A DNA stretch of 64,000 nucleotides, from contig RDXM01000083.1 in the NCBI GenBank assembly GCA_004292595.1, positions 79,215 through 143,214 on the forward strand, written 5' to 3'. Positions 1 to 9,034 of the stretch are shown in pieces (within the stretch, counting starts at the first letter, position 1; every line of letters begins with the position of its first letter). The DNA comes from Candidatus Kapaibacterium sp. (GTDB lineage Bacteria; Bacteroidota; Ignavibacteria; Kapaibacteriales; UBA4661). The translations under genes were made by a program, and so were the position numbers. The notes beneath the pieces are model-generated. The model was not told where the DNA came from, ran no database searches, and saw nothing but the letters and a program-made list of their open reading frames with translations.

Positions 1-718
1 TTAGAGCATCTAATTCCTCGCGAGCATTCTCCCAAAAATCAACGGGAATGAAGCCCGCAACATCGCACCGATAGCCGTCAATATCCGCCTCGCGCACCCA
101 GTATTTGAGCGCATCGGTCATATATTTGCGCAATTCAGGTTTATTGTAATCAAAATCAATAATGTCATCCCAATCATACCAAGGAGTAGGCTGGAAGTGC
201 CCTTCGGCGGATTTGCTGTACCAGTCGGGATGCTGCTCCACAAGCGCGTTATCCCACGCCGAGTGATTCGCAACCCAGTCCAACACGACATACATTCCCA
301 TTCCATGAATTTTTTTTACCAATGCTTTGAATTCTTCCATCGTTCCAAATTCAGGATTCACAGCAAGATAATCCTTTACAGCATAATAACTTCCCTTTGC
401 TCCTTTGCGTTTTTTTTCGCCAATCGGGTGAATTGGCATGAGCCACAAAATATCTACACCCATTGCCTTCAAGCGTGGTAAATGCTGCTCAAACGCCTTA
501 AACGTCCCTTCTTTCGTGTATTGGCGGATGTTTACTTCGTAAATAGTCGCATTTTTGCTCCATTCAGGATGCTTGATTTCAACGTAATTTTTCGGCGTGT
601 ATCGCGCTTCATCACTTGCAGATTGAGTATTCATACGGCTTGTAGAAGATTGCCCACACGCTGTTATGAGCAATAATGTGGTCATTACAACCAAGTGAAT
701 TGGTATGAAAAATTTCAT
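1..718 (-). CDS. GH13 alpha-amylase family lipoprotein (3' end runs off the window)
   Basis: Not in the ORF track because it is truncated. Manual translation from ATG at 718 gives MKFFIPIHLVVMTTLLLITAC (lipobox), then LDWVANHSAWD and DIDGYRCDVAGFIP, which are GH13 conserved regions I and II. Confidence 0.9.
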   Translation of the reverse strand, partial: MKFFIPIHLVVMTTLLLITACGQSSTSRMNTQSASDEARYTPKNYVEIKHPEWSKNATIYEVNIRQYTKEGTFKAFEQHLPRLKAMGVDILWLMPIHPIGEKKRKGAKGSYYAVKDYLAVNPEFGTMEEFKALVKKIHGMGMYVVLDWVANHSAWDNALVEQHPDWYSKSAEGHFQPTPWYDWDDIIDFDYNKPELRKYMTDALKYWVREADIDGYRCDVAGFIPVDFWENAREELDAL

Positions 719-865
719 GCGGGGGAAAGGAATGGTGAAAAAAAATCTGACAAAACAATAGAGCGAATGGCAAAGTACAATAATTCCACATATTTGAAAA
801 AGCTCAAAAAAAGTATACTAAAAATGGGTAAAAATTGCATATCGAAAAGTAAAGGAGTTGAGATG

Positions 866-970
866 TAATACCGTTTCTACTGTATTTTGAATACTTTGAT
901 TGTATCAAGGCAGCATGCTGCCTTGTTTCGGAGAATTGAAAGTATTCATTTTACAATCGAAACGGTATTA
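866..970. mobile_element. MITE-like element family A, copy 1 (105 bp) with central 20-bp palindrome
   Basis: Ends TAATACCGTTTC...GAAACGGTATTA. Centre CAAGGCAGCATGCTGCCTTG (906-925) is a perfect palindrome. Near-identical inverted copy at 38318-38422. Confidence 0.85.
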
Positions 971-1162
971 TCTGGGAAGGCGCATATCATCATCATTAGT
1001 ACTACTGGCTGCGCTGGCACGATACGACTACAAGCGAACTGCTTCCGACAGGACGAGAACTTGCTCGCAAACAGTTCAAATGTGCAAAAGAAGAGCAAGA
1101 TCGCGCCGAACCGCCTTGCCGAACACCTGAAAGCATTGGAAGTAAATCCCGACGAAGTATAA
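970..1162 (+). pseudogene. Uma2/DUF820 endonuclease C-terminal remnant
   Basis: Reads IWEGAYHHH*YYWLRWHDTTTSELLPTGRELA..EEQDRAE, then after a frameshift RLAEHLKALEVNPDEV*. This matches the Uma2 tail pattern (compare LAEKLRELGINPDAL ending at 43727). It starts right at the MITE end. Confidence 0.7.
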
Positions 1163-1180
1163 AAACGTGAAGGTAACAAT

Positions 1181-1233
1181 AGAAAATGCACAACGCCTGT
1201 AATGCTCATCATTACAGGCGTTGTGCATTTTCT
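1181..1233. terminator. Long hairpin / bidirectional terminator
   Basis: Perfect 24-bp stem AGAAAATGCACAACGCCTGTAATG / CATTACAGGCGTTGTGCATTTTCT between convergent genes. Confidence 0.75.
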
Positions 1234-1267
1234 CCCAACACGCTTGCGTGCGAATGTGCGAAGAATT

Positions 1268-2518
1268 TTACCGAAATGGATCGCTATATTTCGGGTCGGT
1301 TATCATTTGATTATCCGTCAATGTGCGTAGAAATGCGAGTAAATCTGCTTTTTGTTGGGCGGAAAGATTGAATTTGAGTGGCTTCCCGTTGGGCATATTG
1401 CCTTCTTTGAGCGCAATTCCTAAATTCGGGTGATTCTTTACGCCGCTATTGTAATGCTCAATTACTTCTTCCAGCGTTGCAAAGCGTCCGTCGTGCATAT
1501 ACGGTGCGGTCAGAGCAATATTTTTCAGCGAAGGAACTTTGAATGTACCAATAAAACGGTCGAAGTTGATTGCTTCGGCAACGCCTTTATCGGTCGTGCT
1601 GACCGAATCAATGCCGTTGGATGTTGTGCCAGGAACGGGATTGATAAACGCCTCGCTCGCATGGCAGCCGATACAGCCCAATCCGCCCTGCGGCTGCGGC
1701 AAAAAGAACAAGCGTTTGCCACTATTTTCGCTGGCGGTGAAATTCGCAAAATCACGAACAGGCTGCGGAACTGCCACTCGCCCACTATCGTATTTGCTTG
1801 ATACACTCACCATTGAGCGAATAAACTGCGCCAGAGCGCGTGAAATCTTGTCGGATGTAATTTCATTTGAACCAAAGGCATTCGTGAAAAGCTGCTTGTA
1901 ATAGTCCTGCCCTTGCACACGCTCCACAACTTGCGCCAGCGTCATGCCCATTTCCGTTTTGTCCTGAAATGGCATCAGTACTTGCTCTTCGAGCGTTGCA
2001 GCGCGTTCATCCCAGAAAAAACGACCGCGCTTGTAAAAGCGAGCATTCGCAAGGCTCATGGAGTGCCGCCGCGTGAGTCCGCCCATAAAACCTTTACTGA
2101 GGCGTTCTTTATCAGAAAAACCTTCCTTTTGCTTGTGGCACGAACCGCAAGAAACAGTGCTATTTGCACTCAAGTTTTTATCGTAAAACAACACTCGCCC
2201 AAGCGTCGCACTGTTATCGGTAATGGAATTACTGGCGGGCGTGTTGTCGCTGCCAAGCGCGGAGGCTTGGTCAATGCCACCCAGTGCATTTGTGGTCAAG
2301 TGCGCTGGGAGCGCAATATTTGCGTAGTTGTAGGGCGTTGCTGGCAGCGTTGGTACTTTTGCGCTTGCTGGCGGATTGGCAACGGGATTGCTCACATTCG
2401 GTGTATTCGTGCAAGCACCGGTAGCAATCACCAGAAACAGACCAAGCCCAAAAGCACGTATTTGTGCGGCATTTATGCTATTTTCCCAAAACGTTTTCAT
2501 AGAGGTTGTAAGGAACAT
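1268..2518 (-). CDS. Di-heme cytochrome c peroxidase/MauG-family lipoprotein
   Basis: Two CxxCH motifs (CGSCH, CIGCH), LGRVLFYD, FFWDERA, FKVPSLKNIALTAPYMHDG; lipobox-like ATGAC. Start may be at 2500. Confidence 0.9.
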   Translation of the reverse strand: MFLTTSMKTFWENSINAAQIRAFGLGLFLVIATGACTNTPNVSNPVANPPASAKVPTLPATPYNYANIALPAHLTTNALGGIDQASALGSDNTPASNSITDNSATLGRVLFYDKNLSANSTVSCGSCHKQKEGFSDKERLSKGFMGGLTRRHSMSLANARFYKRGRFFWDERAATLEEQVLMPFQDKTEMGMTLAQVVERVQGQDYYKQLFTNAFGSNEITSDKISRALAQFIRSMVSVSSKYDSGRVAVPQPVRDFANFTASENSGKRLFFLPQPQGGLGCIGCHASEAFINPVPGTTSNGIDSVSTTDKGVAEAINFDRFIGTFKVPSLKNIALTAPYMHDGRFATLEEVIEHYNSGVKNHPNLGIALKEGNMPNGKPLKFNLSAQQKADLLAFLRTLTDNQMITDPKYSDPFR

Positions 2519-2678
2519 TGTGTGAAGAAATGTTTGTGATTTTCATAAACAACACTATTATAGCAGAAAAGTTACACAAATACCGTCTATTTTTCTGTGC
2601 AAATTTCTCGCCCTACCAAAAAAAACATCCTCTTTGTTTCTAAAAAACTATTTGAGGATTTCTGCAAACATGATACAT

Positions 2679-2769
2679 TAGAGTTTATCTCGAATAAGGT
2701 TTTTGGGGTTTTGGAGCAAGGCAGCATGCTGCCTTGTTTCGTAAAAAAGTCTATTCGGAATAAAGTCTA
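2679..2769. mobile_element. MITE-like element family B (91 bp) carrying the same palindrome as family A
   Basis: Imperfect 18-bp inverted ends TAGAGTTTATCTCGAATA / TATTCGGAATAAAGTCTA (3 mismatches) around CAAGGCAGCATGCTGCCTTG at 2717-2736. Confidence 0.65.
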
Positions 2770-2848
2770 TTGAAAAAATATCGAACACGCACAACACAAC
2801 CAACGCCCACACTCAGACACAACCACATCATATTGAATATATTGAATT

Positions 2849-3322
2849 ATGAACACCGCATCACCTCTTGCTTCTGTCAAAGACCGCTTTGCAACCTTGG
2901 CGCATGAATTTAGCAATTTTTACGACAGTAAACACACATCCTACAAAGAGTTAAATGAATTTGAAACGCGCAAATATTTCATTGATAAATTTTGGGAAAT
3001 CCTTGGGTGGAACACCGATAACAGATTTATTTTCGCAAAAGCTATTCGCACAATGCATTTTGATTCACCAGTAACAAACCGAATTCCCTATCCGAAACTC
3101 AATCTGTTGCAACACTCTGATAAACAAGAACATGACAAAATTGTTCAACTCGTCCAAAAAATGCTGGAAACGCAGGCCAAGCGCAAAACAGCGCGGACAG
3201 ACTTCGAGCGCGAGCAGTTGGAGCAGAGCGCGAGCCGCATAGACAGGGAGATAGACGCGGTGGTCTATCGGTTATACGGTTTGACGGCAGAAGAAATTGC
3301 GCTTGTGGAGCGCGGCGCGTAA
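2849..3322 (+). pseudogene. Internally deleted type IIG (Eco57I/TaqI-C-like) restriction-modification gene
   Basis: The N-terminus NEFETRKYFIDKFWEILGWNTDN is joined directly to the C-terminal helix motif HDKIVQLVQKML..IDREIDAVVYRLYGLTAEEIALVE. No methyltransferase motifs (GxG, NPPY) lie between them. Confidence 0.75.
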
Positions 3323-3451
3323 TTGGCTGCATCACGACCCAATTTTACAAATTGTTCTCAATATTCTCATTGAAAAATTCCCCGCTTCTACCACGAAATT
3401 CGGGAAGAAGTCGAAGGTAGTGGTATTCAGAAAGCAAATTTTCTGAACAGC

Positions 3452-3490
3452 AAAAAAAGCCCGCAACGCTTGACCGTTACGGGCTTTTCT
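3452..3490. terminator. Rho-independent terminator downstream of nagB
   Basis: AAAAAAAGCCCGcAACG..CGTTaCGGGCTTTT hairpin with a T-tract on the minus strand. Confidence 0.7.
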
Positions 3491-3509
3491 ACTTTTTAGG
3501 CTTGAGGTT

Positions 3510-3551
3510 TCATCCCTCATCCCTCAAATTTCAAACGTCATCCTTCAAAAG
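3510..3551. repeat. Heptamer-periodic tandem repeat (TCANNNN x6)
   Basis: TCATCCC TCATCCC TCAAATT TCAAACG TCATCCT TCAAAAG; the last TCA is the nagB stop codon. Confidence 0.55.
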
Positions 3552-5473
3552 TGCCAGCGCACAAAACCCTCAATCGCCTCGTATTCGGCGAGACCGAGTT
3601 TGTTGTACATATCTGCTGTGCCTTTGTTGCGGTCTTCGGCGCGTTGCCAGAACTCGCGTGGGTCGCTGCCCGGAAACACGGCGGAATCTTTTTGCGATTG
3701 GTGCTTGAAAATAGCTTTGCGTTTGCGCATAAGTTCGCCAGGGCTGATAGGGACTGCCATTTCGATTTGGTCCACGCCCCACTCCTGCCATGCGCCCCGG
3801 TAGAGCCACACCCAACAATCGTTCATCCATTCCGCGCCGCTCGCATTGATGCGCTTCACCGCTTCCATAATCGCTGCCAAGCAGACGCGGTGTGTTCCGT
3901 GTGGGTCGGAGAGGTCGCCAGCCGCGTAGATTTGATGCGGCTTTATGTCGTTCAAGAAATCCACAATAATCTGAATATCATCCTCGCCAAGCGGCTTCTT
4001 TTTCACCGTTCCCGTTTGGTAGAATGGCATATTGAGGAAGTGCGCATTTTCATCCGAAACGCCCGATGCGCGGCAGCCCGCCTTTGCTTCGCCCTGACGA
4101 ATCAAGCCTTTAATTGCCTGCACTTCGGGAGAATCAATTTCACCTGGATTTTTATTGCGTAGGAACTCCGACACTTTTGTATAAAATTTCTCCGATTCTT
4201 CGGAATTAAAACCTAAGTGTTTATTCATGTCCGTCACAAAGTCTGCAAAGCGAATCGCGTCGTCGTCAAAAACCGCAATATTTCCTGATGTTTGGTACGC
4301 AACGTGGACTTCATGCCCTTGGTCGGCAAGGCGAATAAACGTGCCGCCCATCGAAATTACGTCGTCGTCGGGATGCGGACTGAACAACACCACGCGCTTT
4401 GGAAACGGTGCTTTGCGCTCGGGACGGTGGCTGTCGTCGGCGTTTGGTTTGCCGCCGGGCCAGCCTGTGATGGTGCGTTGAAGCTGGTTGAACACGTCAA
4501 TATTGATGTCGTAGCAGCGTCCGCCACGCACGGTGAGGAGGTCGCCCATGCCGTGTTCGTTGTAATCGGCATCGGAGAGCTTCAGAATTGGCTTGTTTAC
4601 TTGCTGGCAAAGCCAGACCACCGCAGAACGGACGCGCTGCGTTGTCCACTCGCATTCACCAATAAGCCATGGCGTTTTGATGCGCGTCAGTTCCGCGCCT
4701 GCCGCTTCATCCAGCACAAAAAGTGCGTTAAAATGGCGTTGCAAGAAGGTTGCGGGAACGGAATCGGTCGGCTCGCCTTCGACTGTTTTTTGGATAATTT
4801 TCGCTTTGCCTTCGCCCCACGCCATCAGCACGATGCGGCGTGCCGCCAAAATCGTTCCTACGCCCATCGTAATTGCACGGCGCGGCACATTGCCATCGCC
4901 AAAGAAATCGCTGGCAGCATCAAGGCGCGTCATGCGGTCGAGCGTAATCATGCGGGTCTTGGAATCAGCACCAGAGCCAGGTTCGTTGAAACCGATGTGT
5001 CCTGTGCGCCCGATACCCAAAATTTGAATATCAATCCCACCAACACGCTGAATTTCTTTTTCGTAATGCTCACAAAAAGCCGGAGCTTGGTCCATTGTCA
5101 AGCGTCCATCAGGGATGTGGACGTTTTCGCGCTTAATATCAACGTGGTCGAAGAGATGCTCGTTCATAAAACGCACGTAGCTTTGCAACTCCGACGGGTC
5201 CATCGGATAGTATTCATCAAGGTTGAAGGTAATGACGTTGCGAAAGCTCAGACCTTCTTCTTTGTGAAGGCGCACAAGTTCTTCATACACGCGAATCGGC
5301 GAGGAGCCAGTTGCCAAGCCGAGTACAGCGTTTTTACCTTGGCTAGCACGTTCACGAATTACGCCCGCAATCTCGGCGGCAACAGCTTTCGAGGCATCGG
5401 CAGAGTTCGCAAACACTTTCGTAGGGACGCGCTCTTTGCGGCGCAAATCCGAGGAATCGGGTTGTAATTGCAT
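3545..5473 (-). CDS. nagB: Glucosamine-6-phosphate deaminase fused to PIG-L/LmbE-like domain
   Basis: GLATGSSP, TFNLDEY, GIGRTGHIGFNEPG in the N-terminal domain; FSPHPDDDVISMGG and DPHGTH in the C-terminal domain. This is the long Bacteroidota-type NagB. Confidence 0.95.
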   Translation of the reverse strand: MQLQPDSSDLRRKERVPTKVFANSADASKAVAAEIAGVIRERASQGKNAVLGLATGSSPIRVYEELVRLHKEEGLSFRNVITFNLDEYYPMDPSELQSYVRFMNEHLFDHVDIKRENVHIPDGRLTMDQAPAFCEHYEKEIQRVGGIDIQILGIGRTGHIGFNEPGSGADSKTRMITLDRMTRLDAASDFFGDGNVPRRAITMGVGTILAARRIVLMAWGEGKAKIIQKTVEGEPTDSVPATFLQRHFNALFVLDEAAGAELTRIKTPWLIGECEWTTQRVRSAVVWLCQQVNKPILKLSDADYNEHGMGDLLTVRGGRCYDINIDVFNQLQRTITGWPGGKPNADDSHRPERKAPFPKRVVLFSPHPDDDVISMGGTFIRLADQGHEVHVAYQTSGNIAVFDDDAIRFADFVTDMNKHLGFNSEESEKFYTKVSEFLRNKNPGEIDSPEVQAIKGLIRQGEAKAGCRASGVSDENAHFLNMPFYQTGTVKKKPLGEDDIQIIVDFLNDIKPHQIYAAGDLSDPHGTHRVCLAAIMEAVKRINASGAEWMNDCWVWLYRGAWQEWGVDQIEMAVPISPGELMRKRKAIFKHQSQKDSAVFPGSDPREFWQRAEDRNKGTADMYNKLGLAEYEAIEGFVRWHF

Positions 5474-5562
5474 AGAGAAAAACGTTTGGGTGAAATGTGA
5501 GAATGATGTGAGTTATGCGATATCTATCGTTGCATGGCTGCCATTTGCACGAGAAGACGGCA

Positions 5563-7431
5563 CTATTGGGTCAATCTTGACGGTCTATTCTGATTGTTGG
5601 TTGTGCGAAAGCGTTGTACAATCTCTCGAAGCATCTGCGCGTGGCTTGCTAATTCTTCCGATGCGGCTGCTGATTCCTCTGCGCTTGCGCTGGTGGTTTG
5701 GACAACCTGTGAAATATGCTCTACGCCTTTGCTAATTTGCGAAATACCACTTGATTGGTCTTTTGCGGCAATCACGATTTCGTTCATTACCGTTTGCACA
5801 TTGGCAGAACGCTCTTGAATACTCTGCAACGCCTTGGCTGTCTCACCCGTCAGCTGCTCACTAATGACGATTTGGTTCAACGCAGCATCAATCATAATTG
5901 CTGTTTCTCGGGCAGCTTTCGCGCTTCTGTTAGCGAGATTACGGACTTCTTCTGCTACGACCGCAAAGCCTTTGCCGTGCCGTCCAGCGCGAGCGGCTTC
6001 TACGGCGGCATTCAGAGCGAGAAGATTTGTTTGAAAAGCAATTTCATCAATTACTTTAATTACCTTACTAATTTCGCGGCTGGAGCGGCTTAATTCCTGA
6101 ATCGAACTGACAAGATTATTCATCTGCGCAACGCCGTCGAATGCGGCTTTGGCAGTATTTTTTGTGAGCGTTTCCGCTTCGGTCGCTTGCATTGAACTTT
6201 GCCGCGCTTGCCCACTAATTTCGTTCAATGATGCACTAATTTCTTCCAACGACGCAGCTTGTTCGGTTGCACCAGAAGAGAGCGAGTGGCTGGTGTCGGC
6301 AAGGTAGGTTGAGCTTTCGCTCACATCCGATGCCGCCGCCGCTACTTGTTGAATAATTTCATTCATGGTGCGCACGGTTTCGTTCAAGGTATCGCTCATC
6401 CGAGCAAATTCACCAGAATACTGTCCATTCATGCCAACGGTTAAATTTCCATCGGCAACATCCGTCAGCACAAGCGAAGCCTCTTGCAGGGGCTTAACAA
6501 CTGCTTCCATAAGTTCATTCACGCCAACAACAACCGTGCGGAACTCACCCTGATATTCGGCAGCATTGGTGCGGATGCTTAAATTGCCTACGCGGGCAGC
6601 ATTGCTCAGATTTTTCAGGTCTGCGACCAAGCGTTTAATCGTTTGCTGCATCAGTGCCATAGAGCGAAGTAACTCGCCAAGTTCGTCGTTGCGCAGCACA
6701 TCAATTTCTGTATTCATATCGCCAGCAGCAATTTTCCCCACCGTTTGGACGCTTTCCGCCAGTGGTTTGGTGATACTGCGCGTGAGAAAGACCGCCGCAC
6801 CGATGGCAATAACCATACCGATAATACCAGCAAGAATGAGAAAATTCCGTGTTTGCTCGGCATTGACTTGGGCAGCATCACCAGTTTTCGTTGCTAATTG
6901 TTGTTGCCAATTTGCAAGCTCTTGGCAGGCACGCAGATACTCTGTCCGCGCGGGTGCAAATTCTTGTGTGTATTGTGCTTTAATTTGCGTGTCAAATGTC
7001 GCCGTTCTTCTCGCTGCTGCAAGTATAGCATTTAATTTTTTCAAATATGCTTCGCGTGCTTCGATGAGCTTTTGAAAGCGTATTTTACCACCTTCGGTTG
7101 TAATTTTTGCTTTCAAGAGCTGGATATGTTCAGTAATCTCCATTCGTCGCCGTTCTACATTCGCAATTTCCTGTTCAATTTGCTGCTTTTCAACGGGATT
7201 CGTTCCATCAAGAACCCCAACAAGCAATACTGATTCTGCGTTGGACTGCGCCAACTGCATAATCTGCATGGCAGCATTGATTTTCGGCATTTTATCATCA
7301 ACAACATTCGTTACGTCGTTGGCAACATTCGTTACCGCATTTACACCCAAAAGAATGCAAAAAGACAATAAAACCAAAACTGTTCCAAAGCCAAGCATGA
7401 GGCGCGTCGAAATTTTTATCGAATTCAACAT
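5563..7431 (-). CDS. Methyl-accepting chemotaxis protein (four-helix-bundle sensor, HAMP)
   Basis: Two TM helices, HAMP (DELGELL), signalling motif [34 protein letters not shown]. Start placed at MLNSIKISTRL. Confidence 0.93.
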   Translation of the reverse strand: MLNSIKISTRLMLGFGTVLVLLSFCILLGVNAVTNVANDVTNVVDDKMPKINAAMQIMQLAQSNAESVLLVGVLDGTNPVEKQQIEQEIANVERRRMEITEHIQLLKAKITTEGGKIRFQKLIEAREAYLKKLNAILAAARRTATFDTQIKAQYTQEFAPARTEYLRACQELANWQQQLATKTGDAAQVNAEQTRNFLILAGIIGMVIAIGAAVFLTRSITKPLAESVQTVGKIAAGDMNTEIDVLRNDELGELLRSMALMQQTIKRLVADLKNLSNAARVGNLSIRTNAAEYQGEFRTVVVGVNELMEAVVKPLQEASLVLTDVADGNLTVGMNGQYSGEFARMSDTLNETVRTMNEIIQQVAAAASDVSESSTYLADTSHSLSSGATEQAASLEEISASLNEISGQARQSSMQATEAETLTKNTAKAAFDGVAQMNNLVSSIQELSRSSREISKVIKVIDEIAFQTNLLALNAAVEAARAGRHGKGFAVVAEEVRNLANRSAKAARETAIMIDAALNQIVISEQLTGETAKALQSIQERSANVQTVMNEIVIAAKDQSSGISQISKGVEHISQVVQTTSASAEESAAASEELASHAQMLREIVQRFRTTNNQNRPSRLTQ

Positions 7432-7578
7432 AGTGGTATGTATGATAGTGAATGTGGTGGTGGTGATCGTGGTGGTTATCCGAAAAAATTGCAGTCTTTC
7501 CGTGCGCAACTCCTAAACATTGAGTAAGTACTGTACGCTGCTATACGCTGCTATACGCTGCAATATAAAACTAGAGCA

Positions 7579-8361
7579 TTATTCTTCAACAGTTTTTTTT
7601 GAGAAAACAAGCTCACCAAATCGCTTCGGCACGTGGAATTTATTCAAACCAGTCGGTGACCACGCAATAAATTCTCGCTCTGGAAAACGCTCTAGGCGAT
7701 ACAAATTCATGCGCCACATTTCGCCGTCTTCGGGAGAGACACGCCCCGCCCGCACAATATCGCGCAAGGGAATCGCCATTTCGACTGTCCAGCTTGTGTC
7801 GGTGTCGGCTTCATTATTGAGCGTACCGCGAATCTGCACCGCCGAGCGAATATCAAGATTGACAATATGATGCGGCAATGAAACAGGCGCAGGAAAGCCA
7901 TTAACATCGCGGGCGTAGCGCACGAACAAGTCCAAAAGCGTATTTGCAGGACTAATTTCAATTTCTGTGTAGCCGTGCAGTGTGGGGTCGTCGGGACATA
8001 AAAACATCTCAACGGCTTCCTCTTCCCATAAGTTTGCATCGCGCTTAGTCATGCGCCCGATGACGTTTTTATCGGCACATTCAAACGCAACGTAGAGATT
8101 GGTGCTGTCCCAGAGCAGCTTTGCCGTTGTGGTGTTTTTCGGCAATGCGCTATCGTTTGCCAAGCGGAATGCCCCTGTGGAAGCGGCTTTCAACCATGCC
8201 GTTTCGCGTAAGTGTCCGTCAAGATTGATAGATTCTCGCGTTTGCAGAACGGTATAGCGTGGAGGCAGCTTCATTTCTTGCTGTTGAGCGTGGGGCGCAA
8301 AAGCAAGAAATGAAACCGACACTCCAAGAACGAGAATAAGTATGATAAAGGAAGATTTCAC
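7579..8361 (-). CDS. Secreted carbohydrate-binding family 9-like protein
   Basis: Signal peptide; LDGHLRETAW, LLWDSTNLYVAF, WTVEMAIP, WRMNLYR, WSP, FHVPKRFG motifs. Confidence 0.82.
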   Translation of the reverse strand: MKSSFIILILVLGVSVSFLAFAPHAQQQEMKLPPRYTVLQTRESINLDGHLRETAWLKAASTGAFRLANDSALPKNTTTAKLLWDSTNLYVAFECADKNVIGRMTKRDANLWEEEAVEMFLCPDDPTLHGYTEIEISPANTLLDLFVRYARDVNGFPAPVSLPHHIVNLDIRSAVQIRGTLNNEADTDTSWTVEMAIPLRDIVRAGRVSPEDGEMWRMNLYRLERFPEREFIAWSPTGLNKFHVPKRFGELVFSKKTVEE

Positions 8362-8413
8362 AAACGTAGTGGACAGTCAAATGAACGATTCAAATGGATA
8401 ATCAAATGGACAA

Positions 8414-8977
8414 TCAATGCTCGTAATGAATGGGAATAAGTGTCCAGCACGGTAAGGCTTTACCTTGTTTTTGTGCAGGAACAAAGGTTACGTTTTGCAA
8501 GGCAGCAATCGCCGACTGTTCCAATGCTTCGATTTCATCCACAGACAACTCCGCATCCCATTTCTTTTTCTTTGGGTCGAATGCTTTAATGCATTCGAGC
8601 GTGTGTTTGTCGTATTTACCTTTGTCGTCAATCAATACCATCATGGACACCCATGCTTCTTTTTTATTGGTTTTGATGCTTGTCGGATAGGCTATTTTTC
8701 CCATCAAGACTTTCGGGTCAATATGCGGCTCGGCTTCAATGCCCATGCTATTTCCGGGGCATGGCACTTTACTAGAAATAACATTTTGTGAAAAATCTCC
8801 CGCCGCTCCTTCTTGCACACATGGCGAAACCTTGGTGTGCGCCTTACTGTGCGCTTCGACGTGCAGCGCGTGAGCTTTCTCGGCAACTTGCGCGTGGGAC
8901 TTCTGCGCAAAAGCATTCATATTGTGGAGCAATAACCCCGTTACAAACGGGGCAACGATGCGGCATACAGACTTCAT
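8414..8977 (-). CDS. TonB C-terminal-domain-like exported protein
   Basis: C-terminal YP..VLIDDKGK..LEQSAIAALQNVTFVPAQKQGKALPCWTLIPIHY fits a TonB_C pattern; N-terminal signal ends AFA-Q. Confidence 0.65.
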   Translation of the reverse strand: MKSVCRIVAPFVTGLLLHNMNAFAQKSHAQVAEKAHALHVEAHSKAHTKVSPCVQEGAAGDFSQNVISSKVPCPGNSMGIEAEPHIDPKVLMGKIAYPTSIKTNKKEAWVSMMVLIDDKGKYDKHTLECIKAFDPKKKKWDAELSVDEIEALEQSAIAALQNVTFVPAQKQGKALPCWTLIPIHYEH

Positions 8978-9034
8978 ATACTCTCTCCTAAGAAGTATGA
9001 TTAAATAAAAGTGATAGTCTTGAATTCAACAGTG

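Noticed and set aside
887-1162. 91-aa ORF as a real gene
   Set aside because: Starts inside the MITE; only the last 16 or so codons match the frameshifted Uma2 remnant.
4292-5467. Long antisense ORFs (also 24595-25539, 61070-61864 and others)
   Set aside because: Shadows of well-conserved genes on the opposite strand with no recognisable motifs.
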